IMG/VR virus record: IMGVR_UViG_3300045988_177631 | Length of the DNA: 39,491 nt | Direction: 5' to 3' (one strand) | Origin: a virus | In this document: positions 8,710-16,167 of the stretch, piece by piece | Position numbering within the stretch: position 1 is the first letter of the stretch | Layout of the letters: each line of letters begins with the position of its first letter | Notes under the pieces: generated by a model | What the model saw: only the letters and a program-made list of their open reading frames with translations | Told to the model about the DNA's origin: nothing | Database searches by the model: none | Translations under genes and position numbers: made by a program

Positions 8710-10113
8710 ATGCCATATCAAAGCACAGTGCCGGGCGGCCTGATGGAGCTGAAGCCGACACAGGTTTTGGCGCCAAGACCCCGTGACACCTCGGGTCTTG
8801 TTCGAGCCACTGGCGGGCACAACACATGGAAGCTGGACGCACCCCAGTCTGTCGCAGGCCTTCGTGACCAGTTTGAGCTGGCCCGGCCAGGAACGACGTT
8901 CGACCTGACTGGGCAGCTCTTCCATATCCGCGGGCAGCAACTGGTGATCCATGACAACACGGTCGGCATCGTCGGCGGCGTGTTCGTCATCGAGCCGACG
9001 AAGGATGCCCGAGCTGGCCTGCTCCCCCGTGACCGAAAGAACGATCTGACGTTCAAGGACACAGTGTTCATCCTGAAGGGTACTGACACGGAGCACATGG
9101 AGGCCCTCCTGTACGCCTACGCCTGCGAAGGGAAGCTGATCCTCGAAGGCTGCCTGTTCGCCGGCGAGCCGAACTACCCAGGCGCCTGGAACACCCGTGT
9201 TGCTGGCAACTACAAGGTCCCAGAAGGCAGGAGTCGCTGCGTCAGCGTGAAGGCTTCGGGCACGGCGGGGTCCGGTGGGCTGGAGGCTCGTTGCTGCACC
9301 TTCATCATGGCCGATGAGCGTAACCAGCCCACGGGCGGGGCGGGCATCTCCTGCGTGGAGGTAGCTGGCACGCTGCTCAGCAACCAGCGGACACACTACC
9401 AGGCCAACAAGGTGCCGGTAGGTGTTCGCACCTGGGCCAAGGGCGCCTACCTCAAGGACTGCTTCATTCAGGGCGGCTACTACGGGGTCAATCTCGCGGC
9501 TGTGGACGGCTTCCGTGTGGAGGGTTGTGTCGTCACGGGCAACACCCGCGGAATCTCGATGCAGGACTCGACGACCAACGGTGAGATCGTCGGCAATCAG
9601 ATTGTGGACTTCAAATCCAGTGGCGTGCACACGGCGTACGGGACTGCGACCGTGGACGTAGTAGGCAACCACCTCTACTCGGCCGTGGCTGAGGGTCAGG
9701 GCTGTCTGCAGGCCTACTGCGGGACGAGGGACATCGCCTTCCTGGGCAACACGGTCACGTTGGCCGTTGGAACCACGGCCCAGGCCCACGTGTACATCGG
9801 CAACGACGCACAGTCCACGGAAGTGAGGGGCAACATGCTGACCGGCCCGTACCGGGTTGCCAATATCGCCGTAGACCAGTCGTGGACCAAGGTTGGCGAC
9901 AAGCAGTCCACCTACGGCAAGCGCTACGCCGCCGACGAGGTCCTCGGCGTCTCGGCCGAGATGCGTGGCACGGAGTTGCTGGGCAATAAGTCCTGCGGCC
10001 GGATGACCCTGTCCGTGACCGCCACGAATGGCGCTCTGTCGTTGATGACCGATGACATGGACGCCGACATCGGGGGCGTGCAACGCCGTATCGAAGGGCT
10101 GACGGTGGTGTGA
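8710..10113 (+). CDS. Right-handed parallel beta-helix repeat protein (depolymerase/tailspike-like)
   Basis: ORF track 467 aa. Repeated G-N-x-I/V-x-G-N beta-helix turns (VTGNTRGISM, IVGNQIV, VVGNHLY, FLGNTVT, VRGNMLT). Confidence 0.6.
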   Translation: MPYQSTVPGGLMELKPTQVLAPRPRDTSGLVRATGGHNTWKLDAPQSVAGLRDQFELARPGTTFDLTGQLFHIRGQQLVIHDNTVGIVGGVFVIEPTKDARAGLLPRDRKNDLTFKDTVFILKGTDTEHMEALLYAYACEGKLILEGCLFAGEPNYPGAWNTRVAGNYKVPEGRSRCVSVKASGTAGSGGLEARCCTFIMADERNQPTGGAGISCVEVAGTLLSNQRTHYQANKVPVGVRTWAKGAYLKDCFIQGGYYGVNLAAVDGFRVEGCVVTGNTRGISMQDSTTNGEIVGNQIVDFKSSGVHTAYGTATVDVVGNHLYSAVAEGQGCLQAYCGTRDIAFLGNTVTLAVGTTAQAHVYIGNDAQSTEVRGNMLTGPYRVANIAVDQSWTKVGDKQSTYGKRYAADEVLGVSAEMRGTELLGNKSCGRMTLSVTATNGALSLMTDDMDADIGGVQRRIEGLTVV

Positions 10114-10136
10114 GATTCGACCGTCCGTCGGGTCGA

Positions 10137-10159
10137 AGGGGCCGTCTGGCCCCTTTTTC
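10137..10159 (+). terminator. Intrinsic terminator
   Basis: AGGGGCC-gtct-GGCCCCT followed by a T run. Confidence 0.7.
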
Positions 10160-10181
10160 GTTTCCAGGGCGATCACGGCGG

Positions 10182-10210
10182 TTGACATGGAGGGGTGCCG
10201 CCTGTACAGT
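10182..10210 (+). promoter_or_regulatory. Sigma70-like promoter TTGACA-N17-TACAGT
   Basis: Read directly. Confidence 0.6.
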
Positions 10211-10301
10211 CACGTCCATCGACAGAGCACCAACCACCGCCGAGTCGAGACCATAATCCCACGGGGGTTGTGTGAACCGAAACAAACAAAGGAGCAGTAC
10301 C

Positions 10302-11153
10302 ATGAAGAAGACCATCCTCGCCCTGTCCCTGGCCCTGATCGCCGCCCCGGCAATGGCCACCAACACCCCTGGCGCTGACTGCGTTGGCGTCAATGCCTGC
10401 AAGACCAACTCGGACAACCGCACCACCAACACGAGCAACAACCCCGTCGCCTCGGTCAATGGCGTCAACCCAGAGGCCCATGCGCAGCAGCAGCAGCAGC
10501 AAGGCCAGGGGCAAGGTCAAACCGCAACAGGCGGCAGCGTCGGCGGGATCCAACTGGCTCCGCACACGTCTCTGGCCACGGGTGGGTACAGCTACAACAA
10601 CAAGAGCCTGTCGATCAACCCGGTCACGGTGCCCGCCGCCGCGATGGTAGCTCCTTCGGCTGAGATCTCCCGGGTGGCTGACCCCTACTGCGGTCCGCGT
10701 CAGAAGGTGATGTCGACCGACGTCAACGGCCGTGTGATCGGCCTGGTGTGGGACAGTAACGTCCCTCTGGGTGAGAATCAGTGGCTTGCCCCGGACCTGG
10801 ATGAGCCGTACCGACGAGTGGAAGTGATGCCCGGCCTGACTCAACTGATCGGCCACAAGGTGCACGAGACCACCACGGTGCTGACGGTCTCTACGTCTGG
10901 CTCCCTGGCCTTCGGGGCCAATGGCGGGTCCGGCTCCGGAGGTTCGATCGGGACCTCCCGGGGCGGCGCCCTGCAGCGGATGGTAACCACGATCCGTGTG
11001 CAGGAGTGTGTGGCCTACGAGATTGTGCCCAAGGCGATGGAGCTGCCCAAGGTGAAGGCCAAGCCCAAGGCCAGGCCCGCGAAGGTCGCGCCGAAGCCCT
11101 GCGACGTGTGCCAGCGCCCCCAGGTCAATCTGACTGTCAACGTCCAGAAGTAA
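10302..11153 (+). CDS. Secreted protein of unknown function with Gln/Gly low-complexity tract
   Basis: Internal ATG of ORF 10272..11153 after aaggag. Signal peptide MKKTILALSLALIAAPAMA with an AxA cleavage site. Confidence 0.65.
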   Translation: MKKTILALSLALIAAPAMATNTPGADCVGVNACKTNSDNRTTNTSNNPVASVNGVNPEAHAQQQQQQGQGQGQTATGGSVGGIQLAPHTSLATGGYSYNNKSLSINPVTVPAAAMVAPSAEISRVADPYCGPRQKVMSTDVNGRVIGLVWDSNVPLGENQWLAPDLDEPYRRVEVMPGLTQLIGHKVHETTTVLTVSTSGSLAFGANGGSGSGGSIGTSRGGALQRMVTTIRVQECVAYEIVPKAMELPKVKAKPKARPAKVAPKPCDVCQRPQVNLTVNVQK

Positions 11154-11200
11154 CCCAACCACCCCGGGGCTTCGGCCCCGGAAAACCCCAGAGAAAGACC

Positions 11201-11470
11201 ATGATCACGAACGTCATCTCCGAAGCCCACGATGTGCGGGCCCCTTCGTCGCAAATCGACTCAATTCTGCAGGACGCGAATGCAATCGAAGCAAGCGTGA
11301 TGCACACGGGGGCAAGACTGGCGCTTTACAAAATCCATGACGGACGATATGCCGTCGAGATAAAGAGGTGCTCAGAGAGAAGGCTATGGGTCGACGAATC
11401 CATCGCGAACATCAGGGAGCAGTACGAGTGGCTCAAGTTTTTGAACAGCGATTTCGGTGCCACCGAGTAA
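11201..11470 (+). CDS. Small hypothetical protein, paralog family member A
   Basis: Internal ATG of ORF 11006..11470. 89 aa. Aligns by eye with 11840 and 12102 products. Confidence 0.55.
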   Translation: MITNVISEAHDVRAPSSQIDSILQDANAIEASVMHTGARLALYKIHDGRYAVEIKRCSERRLWVDESIANIREQYEWLKFLNSDFGATE

Positions 11471-11481
11471 AGGAGGCGGCA

Positions 11482-11778
11482 ATGGAGTACGGATACCATG
11501 TGGTTCACTACGCAGCCCCAACCATCGACCTCTACGTGTGCGAGCCAGCCGGATCGAGGCCAGTGGCCCATTACGAGCGACTCGGCGAGGTCTTCTACGA
11601 CGGCACGCAGGCCATGTGCTCGGACTTTCTCGACGACCTCTGGTCCGAGATCGGCGGAGATCGAATCTCTGCGTGCGGGCGGGAGTCACTGGTGGTGACC
11701 TGTGCCCAGGGGGCCGAGCCACCCCGCCGAGACGGTATGACCTACCACTCGTCGGCAGAGCTTGACACGCAGGGCTGA
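11482..11778 (+). CDS. Hypothetical protein
   Basis: Internal ATG of ORF 11368..11778 after an aggagg RBS. 98 aa. Confidence 0.55.
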   Translation: MEYGYHVVHYAAPTIDLYVCEPAGSRPVAHYERLGEVFYDGTQAMCSDFLDDLWSEIGGDRISACGRESLVVTCAQGAEPPRRDGMTYHSSAELDTQG

Positions 11779-11790
11779 CCCCGTCACAAT
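11762..11790 (+). promoter_or_regulatory. Sigma70-like promoter TTGACA-N17-CACAAT
   Basis: Read directly. Overlaps the 3-prime end of the preceding CDS. Confidence 0.55.
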
Positions 11791-11839
11791 GCATCCAACC
11801 CAGACGCCATCTGGGTAGCTCGACAAAGGAAACCAGATT

Positions 11840-12094
11840 ATGCACACCATCACCGCATCCCAAGACCGTCCCGAGCAACAGGAAGAGGCTCGCGATATCC
11901 TGTCCGCAGCCCTCCTCTTGGAGGCCCGCGAGTTCCCGAGCGGCGTCGTCATTGCCCGCTTCGCCACCGAGCACGGGGGTTACGCCTGCACAGTGGAGCG
12001 CGGCCACAACCTCAAGCTGTGGATGAGCGACCGCTACGAGGACATCATCAGCAAGTATGACTTCCTCACTCACTCGAACCTCTACTCGGAGTAA
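11840..12094 (+). CDS. Small hypothetical protein, paralog family member B
   Basis: ORF track 84 aa. Starts MHTI like the next gene. Confidence 0.6.
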   Translation: MHTITASQDRPEQQEEARDILSAALLLEAREFPSGVVIARFATEHGGYACTVERGHNLKLWMSDRYEDIISKYDFLTHSNLYSE

Positions 12095-12101
12095 TCCAGC
12101 C

Positions 12102-12359
12102 ATGCACACCATCATCTCCCGCTCCGGCGACCTGAACCACCAAGAGCAACGCTCCTTCATCCGCGGAGTTACCGAAACCGCAGATGCACTCGAGGACGTC
12201 GACTGCTCCGACGGAGGTACGCTGACCCTCTACCGCGACCGCGAGGGCACCTGCGTGGTCCTGTACTCCCGACGGGATTACCTCAGGGCAGGCATCACCG
12301 ATTCAATCAGCGATGCCAAAGAACTCTTCGGCTTCCTGAAGCTGATCCACCTTGCCTGA
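12102..12359 (+). CDS. Small hypothetical protein, paralog family member C
   Basis: Internal ATG of ORF 12057..12359. 85 aa. Starts MHTI. Confidence 0.6.
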   Translation: MHTIISRSGDLNHQEQRSFIRGVTETADALEDVDCSDGGTLTLYRDREGTCVVLYSRRDYLRAGITDSISDAKELFGFLKLIHLA

Positions 12360-12380
12360 CACCATAGGACCCAACCTCAG

Positions 12381-12408
12381 AGGGCGCTTCGGCGCCCTTT
12401 GTTGTTTC
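12381..12408 (+). terminator. Intrinsic terminator
   Basis: AGGGCGC-ttcg-GCGCCCT followed by tttgttgttt. Confidence 0.7.
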
Positions 12409-12433
12409 TGCCCCTGCCGTTCGTCGGCCCGAT

Positions 12434-12462
12434 TTGACGAGCTCCAGCACACGAGGCATCAT
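12434..12462 (+). promoter_or_regulatory. Sigma70-like promoter TTGACG-N17-CATCAT
   Basis: Read directly. An inverted CCGTTCGTCGG motif lies just upstream. Confidence 0.45.
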
Positions 12463-12515
12463 GCACACCATGCCCGACACACTTCGTGTCCGGCCCCACA
12501 GAAGGAACCCAAGCC

Positions 12516-12857
12516 ATGAAACGCATTGCCCTCGCCGCCGCCCTCCTGCTCCCCCTGGGTGCCCAAGCACACGGCTTCCCCCGGGAGCAAGAAATGGAGG
12601 CCGCAGCCTTTGTCCTGGCCGTGACTGACGTCACCAAGGCCGCCGCCATCTTCATCAAGGACGTGAACCCAAGCCCGATGCTCCTTCTGAAAGAGCGCAA
12701 CAAGGCCCTCAGGGAGATCGAGAACGGGGAGATGGGCAAAGACAAGCTTGTCCACGTCTGCCGCGCTCTGGCAATGATCAATCCCAATGCCAGTTGCGAG
12801 CGAGCACACGAGTCATTCCTTGCGGAACGCAAAGCCGGCAACCCGCTGGTCCACTGA
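12516..12857 (+). CDS. Small secreted protein
   Basis: Internal ATG of ORF 12486..12857. Signal peptide MKRIALAAALLLPLGAQA. Confidence 0.6.
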   Translation: MKRIALAAALLLPLGAQAHGFPREQEMEAAAFVLAVTDVTKAAAIFIKDVNPSPMLLLKERNKALREIENGEMGKDKLVHVCRALAMINPNASCERAHESFLAERKAGNPLVH

Positions 12858-12890
12858 ACCATCAACCTATCACCAGGAGTGATATCAACC

Positions 12891-13184
12891 ATGATCTACG
12901 AAGCCCACCCCGCCCGCTGCCTGCTGGACATCCTGAACGCCTACGACCTGCGTGGCAAGAGCCGGAGCGACGCCGGTCAGATGCTGATCGAGGCTGCCTG
13001 CGGTAACGTCTCCACCTTCACGGCCAAGGGCCGGGTCTTCGCCGCCACACGGGGCAGGAACGGTAACCTGGTGGTCTCCGTTGAGGCCATCTACCCGAAT
13101 GGCCGGGAGCAAGCCAAGGCCTTGGCGCTGGCCTCCCTGGCTATGCGTGGCCGTGCCCAGAAGGTCAAGGAGGCCCTGAAATGA
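12891..13184 (+). CDS. Hypothetical protein
   Basis: ATG 12 nt inside ORF 12879..13184, with aggag upstream. 97 aa. Confidence 0.55.
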   Translation: MIYEAHPARCLLDILNAYDLRGKSRSDAGQMLIEAACGNVSTFTAKGRVFAATRGRNGNLVVSVEAIYPNGREQAKALALASLAMRGRAQKVKEALK

Positions 13185-13735
13185 TCACCTACGCCGACGC
13201 CTCGGGGCCGGTCACAGGGGAGCCCGGGGACCCCGAGCACGGCGCGTGCCGTGTGTGCATGTTCCATGACGCCCCCACGGGGGCGCTCATGTACCGGGTT
13301 GAGAAGGAGTCCTCGCTCCCCGCAGAGGAGGCGGAGCTCATCGCCATCCATGTGAACGCTGCCTACGCCAAGAGGTTGCTCTCCTACATCCAGTCACAGG
13401 AGGGCGGGGAACTGGGCGCCAAGGGCTGCATGCTCCTCGTCCGCGGGGCAACACTGGCCTCTGATACTGCCTCACACACCTCCTCCGGGGAGGTCCGGAA
13501 GGGCTTCCCGGACCCGAGGAGACCGACCTCACACAACCCGCAAGGGTCCCCTGACTGGCGGGCCGAGCACCCGGATTTGCACCCCGAGCCGCAGGCAGGC
13601 GACGCTGTGATCGCGTCCGAACACCTCCTCCCCTCGGTCGACCCGGATGCCTCTGAGCCCATGATCTCACTCTCCCGCACAGGGGTGGTGGGGGCAATCA
13701 CGGGGGGTGAGGAGGAGGAGCCGGAGCTCTTCTAG
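13181..13735 (+). CDS. Hypothetical protein with acidic C-terminal tail (EEEEPELF)
   Basis: ORF track 184 aa. ATGA coupling to the upstream gene. Confidence 0.55.
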   Translation: MITYADASGPVTGEPGDPEHGACRVCMFHDAPTGALMYRVEKESSLPAEEAELIAIHVNAAYAKRLLSYIQSQEGGELGAKGCMLLVRGATLASDTASHTSSGEVRKGFPDPRRPTSHNPQGSPDWRAEHPDLHPEPQAGDAVIASEHLLPSVDPDASEPMISLSRTGVVGAITGGEEEEPELF

Positions 13736-13742
13736 CGGGGAG

Positions 13743-13762
13743 TTATCCACAGGTTATCCACA
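13743..13762 (+). promoter_or_regulatory. Two tandem perfect DnaA boxes (TTATCCACA x2, 11-bp period)
   Basis: Read directly: agTTATCCACAggTTATCCACAgg. Matches the consensus DnaA box 9-mer. Confidence 0.75.
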
Positions 13763-13768
13763 GGCTAC

Positions 13769-13793
13769 GACCCGCTTCGGCGGGTCTTTTTTT
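13769..13793 (+). terminator. Intrinsic terminator
   Basis: GACCCGC-ttcg-GCGGGTC followed by T7. Confidence 0.8.
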
Positions 13794-13814
13794 GCCTATC
13801 TTCTAGGCAGTCAA

Positions 13815-14232
13815 ATTTGCTAAAAGTACCCTCAACTATCTGGGTAATTTGCTAAAAGTATCTGACCCCAATTTGCTAAAAGTGCCCAAACTATCCTCCC
13901 CAGCCCGGGGAGGATACTTTTAGCAAGTGCAAATTTGTTAAATCCTGAGACACAAAAGCTCATTTGCTAAAGGGTAGGATGAAGTCATTATCTACCCTTT
14001 AGCAAATTGTGGATTATCTACCCTTTAGCAAATTTGCTGAAAGATCAACGACTTACGTTTTAGCAAATATCTATATCGTGGTCATCTTATATGCCTGTAC
14101 CCCCCTAAAAACCAAGGTCCTAATAAGGGAGAAGATATTTGCTAAAAGTCCCCCGGGGAGGATAATTTGCTAAAAGTCCGAGGGGGGAGGATAATTTGCT
14201 AAAAGTCCCGGGGAGGATAATTTGCTAAAAGT
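13815..14232. repeat. Iteron array: 7 exact and 7 variant copies of ATTTGCTAAAAGT in both orientations within an AT-rich tract (candidate replication origin or operator array)
   Basis: Exact copies start at 13815, 13847, 13871, 14137, 14165, 14194 and 14220. Variant or inverted copies lie at 13916, 13933, 13962, 13992, 14018, 14032 and 14057. The last four copies sit in 26-29-bp GGGGAGGATA-ATTTGCTAAAAGT-CCC units. Confidence 0.85.
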
Positions 14233-14322
14233 CCCCCGGGGCGGCAGTGGCACCTCCCCGGGGTGGGCGGGGTGGTGGGGCCGGCTCGCCCCGAGCCCTT
14301 CTCGCCACCTGTGCTCGCACCC

Positions 14323-14352
14323 TTGACAACTGTGCGAGGGGCGGGCCATGAT
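14323..14352 (+). promoter_or_regulatory. Candidate promoter TTGACA-N18-CATGAT abutting the iteron array
   Basis: Read directly. The spacer carries TGTGCGAGG. Confidence 0.45.
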
Positions 14353-14386
14353 TGGCGTCACTCATCAACTGACACAAGGAGGTGTC

Positions 14387-15163
14387 ATGAGCAGTACGCC
14401 CTTCGCCCTCATGCTGTACCCTGTGCTCGCCCCGGCTGAGGCAGCCCAACCCGTCATCACTCGATCCGTTATCGAGGGCAACGCCATCGACGCGAGACCG
14501 GCCAAGGTCGATGGCTGGATGTTCCTGAGGATGAAGCTCAAGCCGCTTGAGCGGTTTGATGATCCGAACCGGTCCCTGATCGTGTCCCGGCTGGAGCCTA
14601 AGCAGCTCGGCGAGCTTGAGGGCTCGCAGGGTGGGTACCTGAAGAGCATCCGTGCACACACACACACGTGGCTGCAGGCCGGCGGTGACCTTGAGTTGGC
14701 GACCAAGAGGCTGGCCGAGTACAGAGCCATGGAGGCCGAGGCCGTTGCCCCAGGAGAGGAATGGGGGCCGCCTCGCCAACCAGGAAAGCAACAGCCCATC
14801 ACCCCCGCGATCGCCCCCTCACAGCCAGGCGTGCGTGGCAAGGACAAGGCCCCGCGCCAAAGGCGTCGTGACGAGTACGTGGCGTACACCTCGCCCCACG
14901 GGGAGTCGCTGATGATCTTAGGCAGCTCCGAGCTGGGCCGCGACCTGCTGGCGAACGGGGCGTACGTGCCGAATGGATGGAGCTGCCGGAGGGTGTGCTC
15001 CGAATCCCCCAAGGACGTGCGCTCGCTGCTCAAGAGGCTTGGTTCCATGAAGGCGGAAGGGGTGGCGGAGGAGAGGGCGCGCACAATGCTCGAGATCTTC
15101 CTGAGGGGTGACAATCCATCGGCTACTCGCACGCCGGTCACGCGGGCGACAAACGGCACTTGA
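14387..15163 (+). CDS. Hypothetical protein next to the iterons (candidate initiator or iteron-binding protein; speculative)
   Basis: Internal ATG of ORF 14348..15163 after aaggagg. 258 aa. No motif recognised; the functional guess rests on position only. Confidence 0.6.
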   Translation: MSSTPFALMLYPVLAPAEAAQPVITRSVIEGNAIDARPAKVDGWMFLRMKLKPLERFDDPNRSLIVSRLEPKQLGELEGSQGGYLKSIRAHTHTWLQAGGDLELATKRLAEYRAMEAEAVAPGEEWGPPRQPGKQQPITPAIAPSQPGVRGKDKAPRQRRRDEYVAYTSPHGESLMILGSSELGRDLLANGAYVPNGWSCRRVCSESPKDVRSLLKRLGSMKAEGVAEERARTMLEIFLRGDNPSATRTPVTRATNGT

Positions 15164-15188
15164 CCTGCCCCCTTGTGCGAGGCATACT
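15160..15188 (+). promoter_or_regulatory. Sigma70-like promoter TTGACC-N17-CATACT
   Basis: Read directly. The spacer ends with TGTGCGAGG. AAACGG lies 3 nt upstream of the -35. Confidence 0.55.
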
Positions 15189-15396
15189 CCACCTCGTAGC
15201 CCCGCGATACAAGGCAGAGCTGAATTCGACCGCACGTGCACCTGAGCTTGCCGAGCAAACGAATCAGCATCCTGCGGTCCCTGGCGCGGGCTACGCCCCC
15301 TTGGGCGCGTTTCATGGCATCGGTAAGGGGTAACACCATCCAACGCCTTCGCGAGCTCCTAGGGGCCTTCTAGCCCTTCCTAGAGGCATTCACATC

Positions 15397-15525
15397 ATGC
15401 ACCCCATCACAGTCCTTGTCCTCATCCTGATCGCCACGGCCCTGATCTTCATCCTCATGGAGATCAAGGCCCGGGCCGCGGTTCGCAGGTTCGAGAAAAT
15501 CACCAAACATTCACAAGGAGAATAA
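15397..15525 (+). CDS. Small membrane peptide (42 aa)
   Basis: Below ORF-track cutoff. The sequence MHPITVLVLILIATALIFILMEIK is hydrophobic. Confidence 0.45.
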   Translation: MHPITVLVLILIATALIFILMEIKARAAVRRFEKITKHSQGE

Positions 15526-15529
15526 TTCC

Positions 15530-15625
15530 ATGACCTTGATCGGTCTCATCTCCGCCACCCTCATTGCCCTGACCGGCTTCGCTGTCATCAGCTCAGGGCT
15601 CAGCAACCACAACGACTGGGAGTAA
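15530..15625 (+). CDS. Small membrane peptide (31 aa)
   Basis: Below ORF-track cutoff. aaggag RBS. MTLIGLISATLIALTGFAVISSG. Ends 2 nt before the next ATG. Confidence 0.45.
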   Translation: MTLIGLISATLIALTGFAVISSGLSNHNDWE

Positions 15626-15627
15626 CC

Positions 15628-16167
15628 ATGATCCTCATTGGCATCGCAGGCCCTGCACAATCGGGCAAATCCACCCTCGCAGGCGAGTTCCGCCGGCTCG
15701 TCGAGTTCCGTGGTCAGAAGTTCAGCGAGCAACCCTTTGCCGGGCCGCTGAAGCGGATGCTGGCCTCCATCGGGGTGGATGTGTCAGACCTATCGAAGAA
15801 TTGTCCCGTGCCCTTCCTTGACGGGAAGGTGACCCCTCGTGTCATGATGCAGACCCTTGGCACGGAGTGGGGGCGGGCCCTGCTGCCCCACCTGTGGCTG
15901 TGTGTCTGGCAGCATGAGCTGGATGATTCTGCCCACTGCGTGTGCGTGCCCGATGTTCGGTTTGACAACGAGGCTGGACTGATTCGCTCGCTGGGCGGAA
16001 CAATCGTCCACATCAGCCGCAAACCAACCGCAGAGATGCTCGCGGTACCCGCTCATGCATCTGAGACTGGTATCGCTCGTGCAAAGGGCGATATCATCTT
16101 CCGCAACGATCGGGGTATCGAGAAGATGTCCCAGTTCGCCGCATCTATTTTGGACAACGCCAAGTGA
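15628..16167 (+). CDS. Deoxynucleoside monophosphate kinase-like P-loop kinase
   Basis: ORF track 179 aa. GPAQSGKST P-loop, TLGTEWGR and DVRFDNE motifs resembling phage dNMP kinases. Confidence 0.6.
   Translation: MILIGIAGPAQSGKSTLAGEFRRLVEFRGQKFSEQPFAGPLKRMLASIGVDVSDLSKNCPVPFLDGKVTPRVMMQTLGTEWGRALLPHLWLCVWQHELDDSAHCVCVPDVRFDNEAGLIRSLGGTIVHISRKPTAEMLAVPAHASETGIARAKGDIIFRNDRGIEKMSQFAASILDNAK

Noticed and set aside
8524-10188. 554-aa minus-strand ORF, plus similar long antisense ORFs: 378..1091, 3923..5008, 10173..11162, 14365..15339 and 38332..39135 on the minus strand, and 31115..32536 and 35051..36175 on the plus strand
   Set aside because: These are shadow ORFs of GC-rich coding DNA. Each lies antisense to a gene with recognisable motifs or operon context, lacks an RBS, and has an Arg/Gly/His/Pro-biased composition.
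11162-11181. CCGGGGC-ttcg-GCCCCGG hairpin after the secreted-protein gene, considered as a terminator
   Set aside because: It is followed by aaaacccc rather than a T tract on the plus strand, and no minus-strand gene reads into it. It may be an RNA-stabilising hairpin, but I did not call it a terminator.
13815-14232. The repeat array considered as a CRISPR array
   Set aside because: The repeats are only 13 nt, occur in both orientations with irregular 24-45-nt spacing and some overlap, and no cas genes are present. This fits protein-binding iterons, not CRISPR.
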